From Euprymna scolopes (taxonomy: Eukaryota): a stretch of DNA of 64,000 nt. The notes beneath the pieces were generated by a model. It was not told where the DNA came from. It was given only the letters and a program-made list of their open reading frames with translations, and made no database searches. Every line of letters begins with the position of its first letter. The stretch's first letter is position 1. The translations under genes and the position numbers were made by a program. The stretch lies in assembly GCA_053919585.1 (NCBI GenBank), contig CM132784.1, one strand, 5' to 3'. Of this stretch, positions 13,161 to 24,197 are shown one piece after another.

Positions 13161-13382
13161 GCGACGCTCTTTGTGTAAACAAATCGAGCGGAGGTATTTC
13201 GGACGATATCAAAACATCGTTAAACTCACTACTCTTTCAAGCAGCCGCCAATAGCGTAATGGTTAGAAGCCTTGACTGCCGTATAAACGGTCGGGTTTCA
13301 ATCCTGGCTTGAGGTAGTTGCCTGTCTAGCCGCACTGATGAGCTGTGAAACAGCGAAACAGTACTGCATGTGGATGACTATA
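13161..13382 (+). mobile_element. tRNA-derived SINE-like element with 3' hammerhead (family 1)
   Basis: A box TAGCGTAATGG (13252), B box GGTTTCAATCC (13294), HHR at 13324-13378, then a (TA)n tail. A second copy lies at 17400-17698. Confidence 0.85.
13324..13378 (+). ncRNA. Type I hammerhead ribozyme; U16.1 is C in this copy
   Basis: Stem I ccgca/tgtgg, plus gtc/gac beyond an internal loop. CTGATGA at 13335-13341, stem II gctgt-gaa-acagc, GAAA, palindromic stem III cagtactg, then CA instead of TA. Confidence 0.8.
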
Positions 13383-13714
13383 TTTATATATATATATATA
13401 TGTATTCATATGTATCTAGGAACACACACACACATATATATATATACATAGGATAACTCCTATACTACTTACTAGATCATAATACATTTTTGAATAGATA
13501 TGCTAAGCGTAAGGTATCTAAATGTAGGCTGTATTTAGTTTAATTAACAGAAAGCGGATAGAAAACGGGCAAAAGTACTAAAATTGCAGACATCTTCGAT
13601 TTTCATGAATTGTTAATATGTACAAAATCGTTCTATATTTCAGTGTTATTTTAGTATTTTTATATGTGTGTATGGAACACAACGTCTTTATGAAAATCAA
13701 AATATTAAAACTAA

Positions 13715-14252
13715 AACTACTGTCAAAAATTTTCCTCACTCTTTATCTGTGCCAAAACCAAAACGTAGATTCCATGAACAAAGCTTCTTTCTTAGAAGTG
13801 CACGCCTTTTCTCTTCCCTGCAACCTCTCTCCCACAGAAGAGACGTTGCGAGCCTATGTTTTTTTTATCGTTTTTACCATGGCAGGTGCTTGTCTGAGCT
13901 CCAATCTCTCGTCCCCGTTATCTTTCACGATAAACTAGCTGAAACCACTGTCACTCTTTATCTGTGCCTAAATCAAAACGTAGATTCCATGAGCAAAGCT
14001 TCTTTCTTTGAACTGCACGCCCGTGGAACTCTCTACCGCTTGTCTGTTTTCCTCCTGACTTCAACATGAATGTCTTCAAGTCCAACATAAACAAATTCCT
14101 GAAAAACAGCCCCCTCTAAGTAATGACACTTTATCAAATCTCCAATACTAATGAATACTGCAACACTATCCCATTGATTTCTGTACAATAAATAAACCTT
14201 ATCCCCGAGTTGCTTCTGGGCCTTGATAAGTGGTGACCTCCATGTAAAAAAA
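13715..14252 (+). mobile_element. LINE family B 3' fragment with a rearranged duplicated segment
   Basis: Encodes 'LQPLSHRRDVASLCFFYRFYHGRC'. The segment cactctttatctgtgcc...gtagattccatga occurs at ~13737 and ~13953. Family B tail followed by poly(A). Confidence 0.9.
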
Positions 14253-14637
14253 GAGATTAATAAAAGAATAAACCCTTAAGTTTAGACTTTTAAAGCATTT
14301 TATAGGATGTTATGGGTAAAATAGGAAACGAAAATAACCTTGCGTTTGGAAATTTAATATTTTAGATCTGCTTTAAATGTGATTCACATAAAAACAAAAT
14401 AACTGAATTAGTATTTCGTCTTGCCATTTTTAAATGGTAGGAAAATAATGTAAAACATTCTCTTGAAAAAAAATCATCTAATTGATCTTTGATCAAATTG
14501 GAGTAAGAATTTTAGAGATGAGTTTTAAATATCATGATGTTTTAATTCTAATATTTTTAAAGGAGCCTAAAAAGTAGTGTAAACTATTCTGCCCGGTGAC
14601 AAAAATTTTGCCTTTTCTGAATAGATAATGTTATATA

Positions 14638-14702
14638 TGTGGTGGTGGAGGGTAGAAACGTAGATTGTGAACTCAACGTTCAGGTTTCGATCCCCGCTTG
14701 AT
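14638..14702 (+). repeat. Degenerate tRNA-like SINE head
   Basis: A-box-like ggtggtggagggtag followed by B box GGTTTCGATCCC (~14682). Confidence 0.45.
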
Positions 14703-15261
14703 TTAGGGCTTAACTGTTAGGTTCGCAGCAATTTTTTAATAATTCAATTCATTATTTTCGACTAATCAATTATTTAATTAATTCCTCCCTACACACGTGT
14801 TATTATTTCTAGATTTAACAAATAAATTGTTTATAACATCATCTGTTTACAGTTTTCGCGTAAGCTAACATTATGCGATTATAGTACTGAAGCTAAATTT
14901 AAGATTCGCAGTAATTTTATATAATTCTATTTCAAATTGCCAGTATTAGTATCCATTAGTATAACTTCAATATTGTCATTTAATTATATTAACCAACATG
15001 CTAGTTTTTTTTCCAGAAACTTAAGTTTTCCAGTCTCCAAACTGGCTGTGTTTACATTTAATGATTGCAGCCACTGTAAAAAAAACTTTATTTATGAATC
15101 AGTTTTAAACTACCAGCGCCCTCTTCATTAATCAAATATTCAACAATTATTTTGTCAATTGATATGTTTTATTTAAAAAAAAAACTTTTCAAATCTAGGA
15201 GTTTTTATATATGCCAAACGTTACAACGGTTTATTCATATTTACGATGCTTAAACTTCCAG

Positions 15262-15322
<61 letters not shown>

Positions 15323-15330
15323 TATATACA

Positions 15331-16440
15331 CTAGCATTTCAGCCCGGCGTTGCCCGGGTGTTTTTAGGTGTGTGGTGAGCAAAAAAAAAAGTGGTAGTAG
15401 GAAGGCAGGCTCCAACCCGTATTGCGAAGGAGGAAAAAAAACGGGAAAAACGTGGCGTCTTTGCTGTTACGACCACCGCCAAACCGGAAATTACGTAGGT
15501 TTAAATTAAAGCTATACAATCGAGAAGAGGGGTGACTTTCGAAAATATCGGCGAAAAAATCGACCCCTCCCTGTAGAAAAGTGCTCATTTGAGGATAAAG
15601 AAATTAATGTTTTTAGCTAATTTTTCGGTATTTGTCGTCTGAAGGGTCAGTTAAAAAACGATACTGTGAGAATGCGTCGCCTCTATTGAAAGTTTAAGGC
15701 AGACATGAAAACAGACATACATACATACATTTATATATTGGTAACTAAAAATTTTCGACCCAGACCGATTAAAAAGCTTGCCCTATCTCTGAATATCCTT
15801 TATGTAAACTTTCAAATGTTTAGTGTATTTATTTGCTTCCCCACCAAAGCAAATTAGGTACAAGACCGGTTTTAATGTGGGGTAAAAACAAGCTCCCCTA
15901 AAAGTAGGCAAAAAGGGGTCACTCTCGTTACCAAAAATAATAATTGTCCCAGTATAGAGGGTTTCCCCTCCATTGACTGGTACAAATTATCTTAAGTGCA
16001 GCATCTGCAGAACAGACCAAGAACAACAGAAAAAAGGTAAGCCTCTTCAAATGTTTAGACCATAAATTGTCTGAGTAATTTGGTAGAGACAACAGAGGTC
16101 AATTTTTTAAAAACTTTGACCGCTATTATGACCCCGTAACCTTTATTGTTTTGGGCTCAAATCAAGTTATTAAGTTAGATCCATGTCCAAGGAAGCTATG
16201 ACTAAAAGTTCAATTGTTTATACCCAAAATTAGCAGAGGAGTTTGGTAGAGCTCTCAAAGGTCAAATCGTTGAACTTTTACCCCTTAACAGCCAAATTTC
16301 TGGCCGAAAACGGATTACAAAGATTTTCCCAAATATTCATACCTTGTATATCAAATTTCGAGTCTGCAGACTGAAAATTGACAGAGAGATTATGTACATA
16401 GACAGACGCACACACATACAGACAGACACTTTCATATATA
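15331..16440 (-). mobile_element. Non-autonomous Helitron family H1 (long form)
   Basis: The minus-strand 3' end is the hairpin cccgg-gcaacg-ccggg followed ~8 nt later by CTAG|T. Largely the reverse complement of 55538-56403. A (CAGA)/(CA)-type repeat lies near the 5' end. Confidence 0.85.
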
Positions 16441-16452
16441 TATATATATATA

Positions 16453-17175
16453 CTAGCAAAAATACCCGTTGTTGACTGGGTTCAAAAACAGCCTACAGAA
16501 AATGGATTCTGATTTATGAAAGTATGTTAGGTTATGAAAAGGAAGGGTTGTAAAGAGATAGCTTCGAATTTGGGGGTATCAAAACCAAAGCAAAATATGA
16601 TGAAAGTAAAAATAAAATAGATACACCCCATAATTTATTATACCACACCTGTTCACACTAAAACACTTATCACAATATTATGTGGATCTATATTAAAAAA
16701 AAACCTTGTTATACTTTGTGACATATTTCCATTCTATGGAGGTCAGGTGCGAACGAACACTCCATAATTTTATTATATCATATTTCTTCAAACTGGAACA
16801 TAATTATCAAAGTATACTTACGCAGATAGATATAAAAAGTCTTTATTAAAGTGTGTGCCTATTTCCATTCTATGGAGGCCAGGCGCAAACGCAGACACCA
16901 AAATTTTATCATGCCATCCCTATTTAAGTAAAAACATACGTATCAAAGTATTATGTACATCTATATCAAAAACACTTGTAAACGTTTGTTTTTAATTTTT
17001 AAATTTTTCATTTCCATACTTTGTGGACCAGGATCGTACGCAGATCCCACAATTTTAATGAATCATTATTATGCCAGATCAAACATACCCATTCCTGTGT
17101 CTCGATACATCTTCTGTCATTATATATGATCAGTTTTCTATAATAGTAAACCATATAGAAGCCTATTCGTGACCA

Positions 17176-17234
<59 letters not shown>

Positions 17235-17254
17235 GTTCAGCTTTATATTATAGA
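16453..17254 (-). mobile_element. Non-autonomous Helitron family H2
   Basis: On the minus strand it starts A|TCtataatataaagc, contains (TG)n, and ends in a hairpin plus CTAG at 16453. The body is highly similar to 53150-53772. Confidence 0.8.
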
Positions 17255-17399
17255 TATACAGAGAGAGAATGTGTGAGAGAGAGATATTGTGTTGGTAAAA
17301 TATGTTTTTCAATTATATTTAACTCTTTGTGTATACTAATCTTTTTGTGTTTAGAAGTTCACTGTATGTTAAATATAATAACAATATATATATGTATGT

Positions 17400-17698
17400 G
17401 TGAGTGTGGTTAGGTGTCTTGACTGTCGTACAGGCGGCCGGGTTTCAATCCTGTAATGCTCCTCATTTTGAGTTGAGCATATTGAGAAGTGATACACGAA
17501 TTACTATTGGCTTATAAAGCGATGCTCTTTGTGTAAACAAATCGAGCTTAGGTATTTCGGACGATGTCAAAACATCGTTAATACACGACTCCCACAGCAG
17601 CTGACGATTAGCGTAATGGTTAGGAACCTTGACTGTCATACAGGCGGTCCAGTTTCAATCCTGGCCTGAGGTAGTTGCCTGTCTAGCCGCACTGACGA
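17400..17698 (+). mobile_element. Family-1 SINE-like element with two tRNA-like heads; hammerhead truncated after CTGACGA
   Basis: B boxes at 17441 and 17651, A box at 17609. gtctagccgcaCTGACGA (17681-17698) is followed directly by Helitron H1 sequence. Confidence 0.8.
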
Positions 17699-17893
17699 AA
17701 ATTTGGCTGCTAAGAGGTCAAAGTCAAAAGAGTTGACCTTTGCAGACTCTATCAAACTCCTCCGCCAATTCTGGGTCCAAACACTTAGATGTAGGATACC
17801 TGGACATGAGTGAAACTTTTTAATATATATATACATGTGCACATAAAGTTATGAACAGTACATAGGGTCTGAGCAAAGCCGGCGTAACTGCTA

Positions 17894-17894
<1 letters not shown>
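17699..17894 (+). mobile_element. Helitron-like fragment (H1-related body)
   Basis: Matches ~54609-54720. Ends ctgagcaaagccggcgtaactgCTAG|t before (TA)n. Confidence 0.65.
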
Positions 17895-17950
<56 letters not shown>

Positions 17951-18197
17951 ATTGTTGATTTATTGATTTTTTTATTAGCGATTCTGTGGTATTTCTTACC
18001 GCTCCCTGAGCGCTTTTTGAGAGAAGTTACCTATCCCTTTTTTATATTCTAGTCATCCTCATTTGGGGCATATTATTTGTTATTATTAATTTTTTCTATT
18101 TATCAAACATTTGAATATTTTTTATACAAATATCTCTTACACATAAAAAATATTTAATAGGTATTCGAATAAAAAATATTCAAATGTTTAGTAAATA

Positions 18198-18237
<40 letters not shown>

Positions 18238-19029
18238 CATACATACATAGGTCTACTACAGTTGTTCACGGTCTACCTACTGGAATTTTAATAGGGTCGA
18301 CCCGTTTGGCAACCGTTTATAATCAGTTCTAAAAACCTTCTCAGCTGCCACCTTTTCCGTACCCCATTTCACACTCTGCTCATTCCTTGCCCCCCCCCTC
18401 CTCATCCCATCCCTGCTTTGTTTTCCTCCGGAAACTTTTCTACCAAATTGTTGCATTCAATAAGTTGGTCTGCGTGTTTATGTTTCAGTCTGGCGTACGT
18501 TGAAAAATCTCTCATTCAAAGTTGATGGAATCTTCAAGAGGATTTGCAATTTATTAACTTGGAAGTTCGTTTGGGACTCTGCCAGCAATCGCCGGTCAGC
18601 CGTCCGGCCTGTCGGGAGGGGTTGTGAACGGCGGACGTAAAATAAAAACGAAAAATGAAAACCAGAAACGCTGGTCAACTGATTCAATGCACTGACCCGT
18701 CTTAAAACATAAAACCTGTTTAGGTTTTAACATCTACTCATGACCCTATTCTATTTTGTTTTAGTTCCCTGAGCCGACAAAATAACAATCTGGTTCGCTT
18801 TGCGTTATGACTTGACATTTTTATTTAGTATATAAATCGATAGACGGTTTTGTTAAACAATCAAGAAATATGAAAATTATTTTTAATAGAACATTTTAAA
18901 AAAATATAAATTTTTTTTAATTTCCTCAAATTTAGGATTTCTTCACAATTTCGTGATGATGAATATATGAGAAACGTTGCTGATAAAGAGGGAAGAATTG
19001 CTGTTTTCTCGGTCAGATTCTCAGCATAG

Positions 19030-20150
19030 ATCTTACGGTATCACTGGTAGAATACTTAACATAATTAAATCCTTTTTAGATAAGAGAAAAACCCAGGTTG
19101 TCCTCGACGGTCGTACATCTAAATAATATGATATAAATGCGGGAGTGCCCCAGGGATCTATCCTTGGTCCTCTGCTGTTCCTGATATTCATAAATGACCT
19201 CCCCGACAAAATTGCCTCTGAGATGGGTATATATGCTGATGACACCACACTCTATAGCAGGCATGACAGGAAAACAAATGAACATATATCTAAAGTAATG
19301 GCAGAAACACTAGAGGATGACCTCCAATCAGTAGTGGAATGGGGACTAAAATGGATGGTAACGTTCAATGCCACCAAGACAAAACTGGTTTCATTCAATA
19401 ATTACAAGAAACCTTGTCTACCACCTATAGCAATGGCCAACAACTCTTTATCTGAGAGTACGTCTTTCAAGCTCCTTGGCCTAACGTTCACAGGAAACAT
19501 GAGTTGGAACAATTACATCGAGGGCATTGCCAGGGCCGCTGCGAGGAAGGTGGGCTCTCTCTACCGTGCTAGAAAACTTCTAACACCCGAAAGTATCCTG
19601 TACCTCTATAAGGCCACTATTCGCCCATGTATGGAGTATTGCTGTCATATTTGGGCCGATGCATCGGCTACTAGTCTCTCGCTCCTTGACAGGGTTCAAA
19701 AGAGAGTCGCAAATCTGATAGGCCCTAAACTGGCATCTAAACTTCAGCCTCTGTCCCATTGTCGAAACGTTGCATCCCTCTTCCTGTTCTACAAGTATTA
19801 TAATGGTGAATGCTCTGAAGAACTGCAAGCACTTGTGCCCCCACGACGTGAACACCCTCGACAGACCCGACAAGCTACAAAATCCCACCCCCACACTGTA
19901 GAGATCCCTAGTTGTAAAAGATCTTTCTACTCCAGTAGTTTCTTCCCCAGAACTGCTAGACTTTGGAATTCCATTCCAGGTCACTGCTTCCCCAACTGTA
20001 CTGACATGCATAAGTTCAAGTGCAACGTGAACCAACATCTCGCTGCCCTAATCCCTACATAGTACCCCAGTAGATGTTTCCCCTGATAGTAGCCCCCTAC
20101 ATTAAAGTGGCAATGTGCCTTGTTTGGGGTGAAAATGTAAAAAACAAAAT
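19030..20150 (+). mobile_element. CR1-group LINE family A, 5'-truncated ~1.1 kb copy with a long open RT C-terminal frame
   Basis: ORF 19145-20062 contains PQGSILGPLLF, YADD, FNATKT and RPCMEYCCHIW. The 3' UTR ends gtgaaaatgtaaaaaac. Confidence 0.95.
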
Positions 20151-20279
20151 ATATATATATATATCCGACTAACACTTATCGTTTGCTAATTTTGGACTTT
20201 AAAGTAGTTTTTCTTTCTAAACTTCCTATATAAAGTGGTTTCATATCGTGTGCGGAACGATTTTATACTTTACTTCCCT

Positions 20280-20785
20280 CTCTCAGAGGATGGCTGCCCC
20301 AAAAGTAAGGCCTCCTATTTCTTTTTACTTGAAAAGTAAAACACCGAAGAACTACGAAGAGGGGAGTTGTACAAGAAAAATGCTCCAAAATATGTTTTCA
20401 TACGTAGTCACCACCATTCAAAATGCACTTTTTCCAGCCATTCTGATGTCTCTGTTGTAAAAGTACTGAGCGCGTTTCGTGAATCATATCTCTGTCGCCA
20501 CTCTGAAATCAACGAACCCATCTAACAATGCTGACATCAGCATTCTACACGTTCTACAGGCACCGATGAATGTTGATCGGTGCAATATTTTCTGCATGAA
20601 GGAATTCAATGAGGCATCTCTGCTTTTGGTGCACGTCCCTGGTAGAAGTTATTTCAAGAGTTTAACACCGCTAATATCTTCAACAGAGAAATTAAACTTT
20701 CAGGTCAGAAATGCATAAGTTCAGTCATCATAACAATGCAATTTGCAGTTTCCTCTGATCTAATCGTGCGGAATATAAAATAGGA
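20280..20785 (-). mobile_element. Internally deleted mariner derivative
   Basis: TIR-like ccaaaagtaaggcctcctattt. The minus strand carries transposase N-terminal (IEFLHAENI) and C-terminal (KCILNGGDYV) remnants. Related to 24198-25625. Confidence 0.7.
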
Positions 20786-20999
20786 GACAGTGAGAGACTA
20801 GTAGCAGATGCTCCAGTCCAAATGTGACGACGATACTCCGTACATGGGCGAATGGTTGCCTTGTTTTAGGGTTAGTATGAATCTGGAATAATGACAACTG
20901 AACGGGCGTCTCTACTCCCTTAAGCTCATAAATCAGGACCTTATTACTTGGTGCAGTTTAAGTTTATGCACAAACAGGATTAGAGTAGATATATTTCCG

Positions 21000-21300
21000 C
21001 CACATATCGACATAAAGCGTTGAGTTGTCTAGTGGTTGAAAGTTCAATCCTCACTATAGTCGAAACTGACTAAGAACAAAATAAAAGTATTTACTTAACA
21101 CTTCATAACAGTTATGGATGATAGAACGAGAAGAATCAACCGTGTAGATTAAAGAAAGTGTTCAGGCAAAAAAAAAAAAAAAAAATCCATATAAATTCTC
21201 GAATTCGAAAAGCTGCACCCGAACAAGGTTGCAGGTTACATCGGTCGAAACGTTGTGATAATTATATCTACGATAAAAATCGTAGTAAAAAAAGGCAAAG
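21000..21300 (+). mobile_element. Family-2 tRNA-head/minimal-hammerhead element, degenerate
   Basis: B-box-like agttcaatcc at ~21043. cac-ccgaacaa-ggttg...tcggtc-GAAACGTT-gtg at 21216-21257. Confidence 0.65.
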
Positions 21301-21799
21301 TAATAATTACTTTCTGAAACATTAATTGATAGGTTGATTTGTGTCTTTACGGTTCATCAGCCCCTATGATGTTATTTAAAGTCGAGATATAATATCCATT
21401 GGAAACATTTATTTGTGTATGCTTTGGTGAACAGCAGTTTATATCAAGTTTGTTGCTGGGGTAAAAAATAGTGTATATAGGGTGTCCACTAGTGCTATGA
21501 CGATTAATAGGAATGGGAAAATCGGAACTCTTTGGTGTATGAAAATATTTAGTGTTTTTTTCCAATACAATAATTGATTGTTTTGTGGTTTCATTTCTGA
21601 ATTTTTGTAATGATAATTGGTTATTCGTATCATTTGGATTCATTGGACTACAATGAATTATCTCTATAAGGCTACGATTTGCTCATGCACAAATTCTTAT
21701 TGCTACATCTCCGCTAGTATATCTACGACTACTCTCTCACTTCCTCACTTTTAGTTAAGGTCCAATAATGAGTCCCAAATGTAATAGGTCCGGCACTGC

Positions 21800-22175
21800 C
21801 CGCCAAGTTCTCAGCGCCACAGCATTACATTCCTGTGCTTGTTTTACAAGTACTTTAATAGAATGTGCTCTGATGAACTTATAAAAATTGTGCTTTTGAC
21901 TTAACATACAAGCAGCAAAATCCCATCCCTTCACTATTGAGATCCATAGATGTCAAGAAACTTTCTTGTCTCATAGTTTCTTTCGATAGACTGCTAGAAT
22001 TTGGAATTCCATCCATGTTTTCTGATTCCCTTATTATACTAACCTGCAAAACTTTAAATGTTATGTGTACCAACATTTCGCTTGTCAACTCCCTACAGTC
22101 CCTTGTTAGACATGCTCTTAAATAATAGACCCCTATATCCAGGTGGCAATGTGGTCCATGGGTTGATAATCTATT
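21800..22175 (+). mobile_element. Degenerate LINE 3' fragment (family A-related)
   Basis: tgttttacaagtactttaat, gactgctagaatttggaattccat and the 3' UTR gtggcaatgtg. Confidence 0.75.
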
Positions 22176-22764
22176 TCATATATCTGCTACAATCAAGCGA
22201 GAATTTTCCTATCAACAAGACATCAGTTGGAGCCCTCGATAAGTGTTAGTTTGATTTTATAACAAGTACACACACACACACACAATGCTTACAAGACACC
22301 AATCTTCAAATATCTAAATATTTCTTTTACAAGTAAACCATGACCAAATACGAAAAATTACATAATCTTCGGAGCCCGAATAAAATCCCTTGGTATGGCT
22401 AACCCACCCTGGCTTATACGTGGAATGGTGAACCTGCAAGTGATGTTGCCTCAAGTAACTGCATGAAACTAGATACTCCACCAGGCTAAATTAATTCATG
22501 TCCTGGAATTCAGCTACACCAGGAAACCATTAAAATAAAATAAATAAGTTGTCAATAAAGGAGAAGAAATCTANNNNNNNNNNNNNNNNNNNNNNNNNNN
22601 NNNNNNNNNNNNNNNNNNNNNNNNNNNNNNNNNNNNNNNNNNNNNNNNNNNNNNNNNNNNNNNNNNNNNNNNNNNNNNNNNNNNNNNNNNNNNNNNNNNN
22701 NNNNNNNNNNNNNNNNNNNNNNNNNNNNNNNNNNNNNNNNNNATTTTTGAGATGAGCATTATAT

Positions 22765-23141
22765 ATTAATTTATTTTTTATTTCTGACTATTATTCTCAT
22801 CTTTATCTTATCATCTTCGGGGCCCCTGGCGCAGTTGATAGAGACGTTGAATCTCTACAGTTCCAGATGAACATTGTCTGAAGATAGCGGTTTCAATCCC
22901 ACCCAAAGCGTGCCAGAGGTTAATTGGCCAAAAAATGTGGTGAAACGACAACAACTACAGATGGCAGTGATGGCTGAGAATGCAGTTAGAAGATTTGAAG
23001 TTCCTATCCGTCGCGGTTACCACCTGACGAAGGCCAGAGGAATAGTTGGCCGAAACGTTGTGAATAAACAAAACCAATAAAAGATCAGAAACAACAACTA
23101 ATAAAGATGAGAATAATAGTCCGAAATAAAAATAAATTAAT
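22765..23141 (+). mobile_element. tRNA-head element with Penelope-type minimal hammerhead, bounded by ~41-bp inverted repeats
   Basis: A box TGGCGCAGTTG (22827), B box GGTTTCAATCC (22889), HHR at 23021-23062. 22765-22806 is nearly the reverse complement of 23101-23141. Confidence 0.8.
23021..23062 (+). ncRNA. Minimal type I hammerhead (Penelope-like, dimer type)
   Basis: cac-CTGACGA-a-ggcca-(10 nt)-tggcc-GAAAC-GTT-gtg. The core is intact and stem III is reduced to the AACGTT palindrome. Confidence 0.85.
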
Positions 23142-23539
23142 TCAATAACTAAACATTTGCAAAATAAAAGAGAAATTTAAAAGAATATTAGAACATTTAT
23201 GTACCTCATGTAGCAATCAATGATAGGAACTTCGAGTAATGAGTGTATTTGTAAAGAAATATTCCATGTCCTTCAATGAACAACCTTAAATTGCACAACT
23301 TCTTACTACTTTTTTGGGCCGAGGTGAATATAACAGCGATATCGTTCATTCGAAACTCTTAAACCGTTTATTTATCGAATTTAATGGCGACAGTAATTTG
23401 TCAATTCCGTTAAAGCCATTAGAAACGTCGGGTAGCAAAAGTATCAAGTATTTATTGATCAGTCAATAAAGTGTCATCTACGCACTAACGTCGTTGCGTT
23501 CGACTAGGCACGTTGAATTTCAATCAAAGAGAACAAGAA

Positions 23540-23890
23540 AGAAGCAACCTGAGAAATTAGTATCCCAATGATGCTGGTTTAAACGAAGCTGAGAGGGAAA
23601 AGATAACGACATATCAAGGTTTTATGGATGACATGAAAAGAAATTGAAATGTTAGGAAAATATTCACTATTTCAGTAATTATAAGAGCAAGTAGACGGAG
23701 GAAAAAACTATCGGACAAATCTAACCGGTGAACCAAGTGCAAGAGAGATTCAAACAATTCCACTTGAAAGAAGGTTGAAATCTGAGGATTTTTCAGTTGG
23801 GATGTTTGAGATAGCGGGTGAATATCTAGCATCCGGTGGATGCCCCATCCCTAGCTAGAACAAAATTATAGGAACATTTGAAAAAGAGAG
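23540..23890 (+). mobile_element. RLE-type (R4/Dong-like) non-LTR 3' remnant
   Basis: Translates to 'NDAGLNEAEREKITTYQG...ISVIIRA...REIQ', an RLE C-terminal pattern. The 3' UTR is shared with 30545-30610. Confidence 0.65.
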
Positions 23891-24197
23891 CATTACGGTA
23901 TAAGCAAAAGGCAAGAAACCCAGCTTTCACATATATTTCAGTTATTTATAAAGACATTTGTTAAGAAGTTGAATAATGAACTACACAAAACCAGGATATT
24001 ACGTCTGTCTACAGAAGAATAGTATATAAGAAATCATTTAGTCGATAGGGTACTCAAGTTTATAAAACAGAACACTTTACAAAAAAAACTGAAAAAAAGA
24101 AAACGTTCCTTAAACATTTTACGTTCGTTGCCATAGGTCTTGTTAATAAGATGTTAAGTTAGTTGTATACATAAGGCACAATAATTTATCTAAGATA

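Noticed and set aside
13310-13330. TGAGGTAG let-7 seed-like sequence (also at ~17667)
   Set aside because: The rest does not match let-7, there is no pre-miRNA hairpin, and it is part of the SINE-like repeat.
17600-17672. Possible functional tRNA genes at the A/B-box sites
   Set aside because: Acceptor and anticodon stems do not pair, and B boxes are variant (GTTTCAATCC). These are repeat heads, not tRNA genes.
18950-18985. gtgatgatg...GAAACGTTg, resembling a minimal hammerhead
   Set aside because: The core C is missing and there is no stem II or stem I pairing.
19580-20038. 152-aa minus-strand ORF
   Set aside because: Antisense shadow of the LINE RT reading frame.
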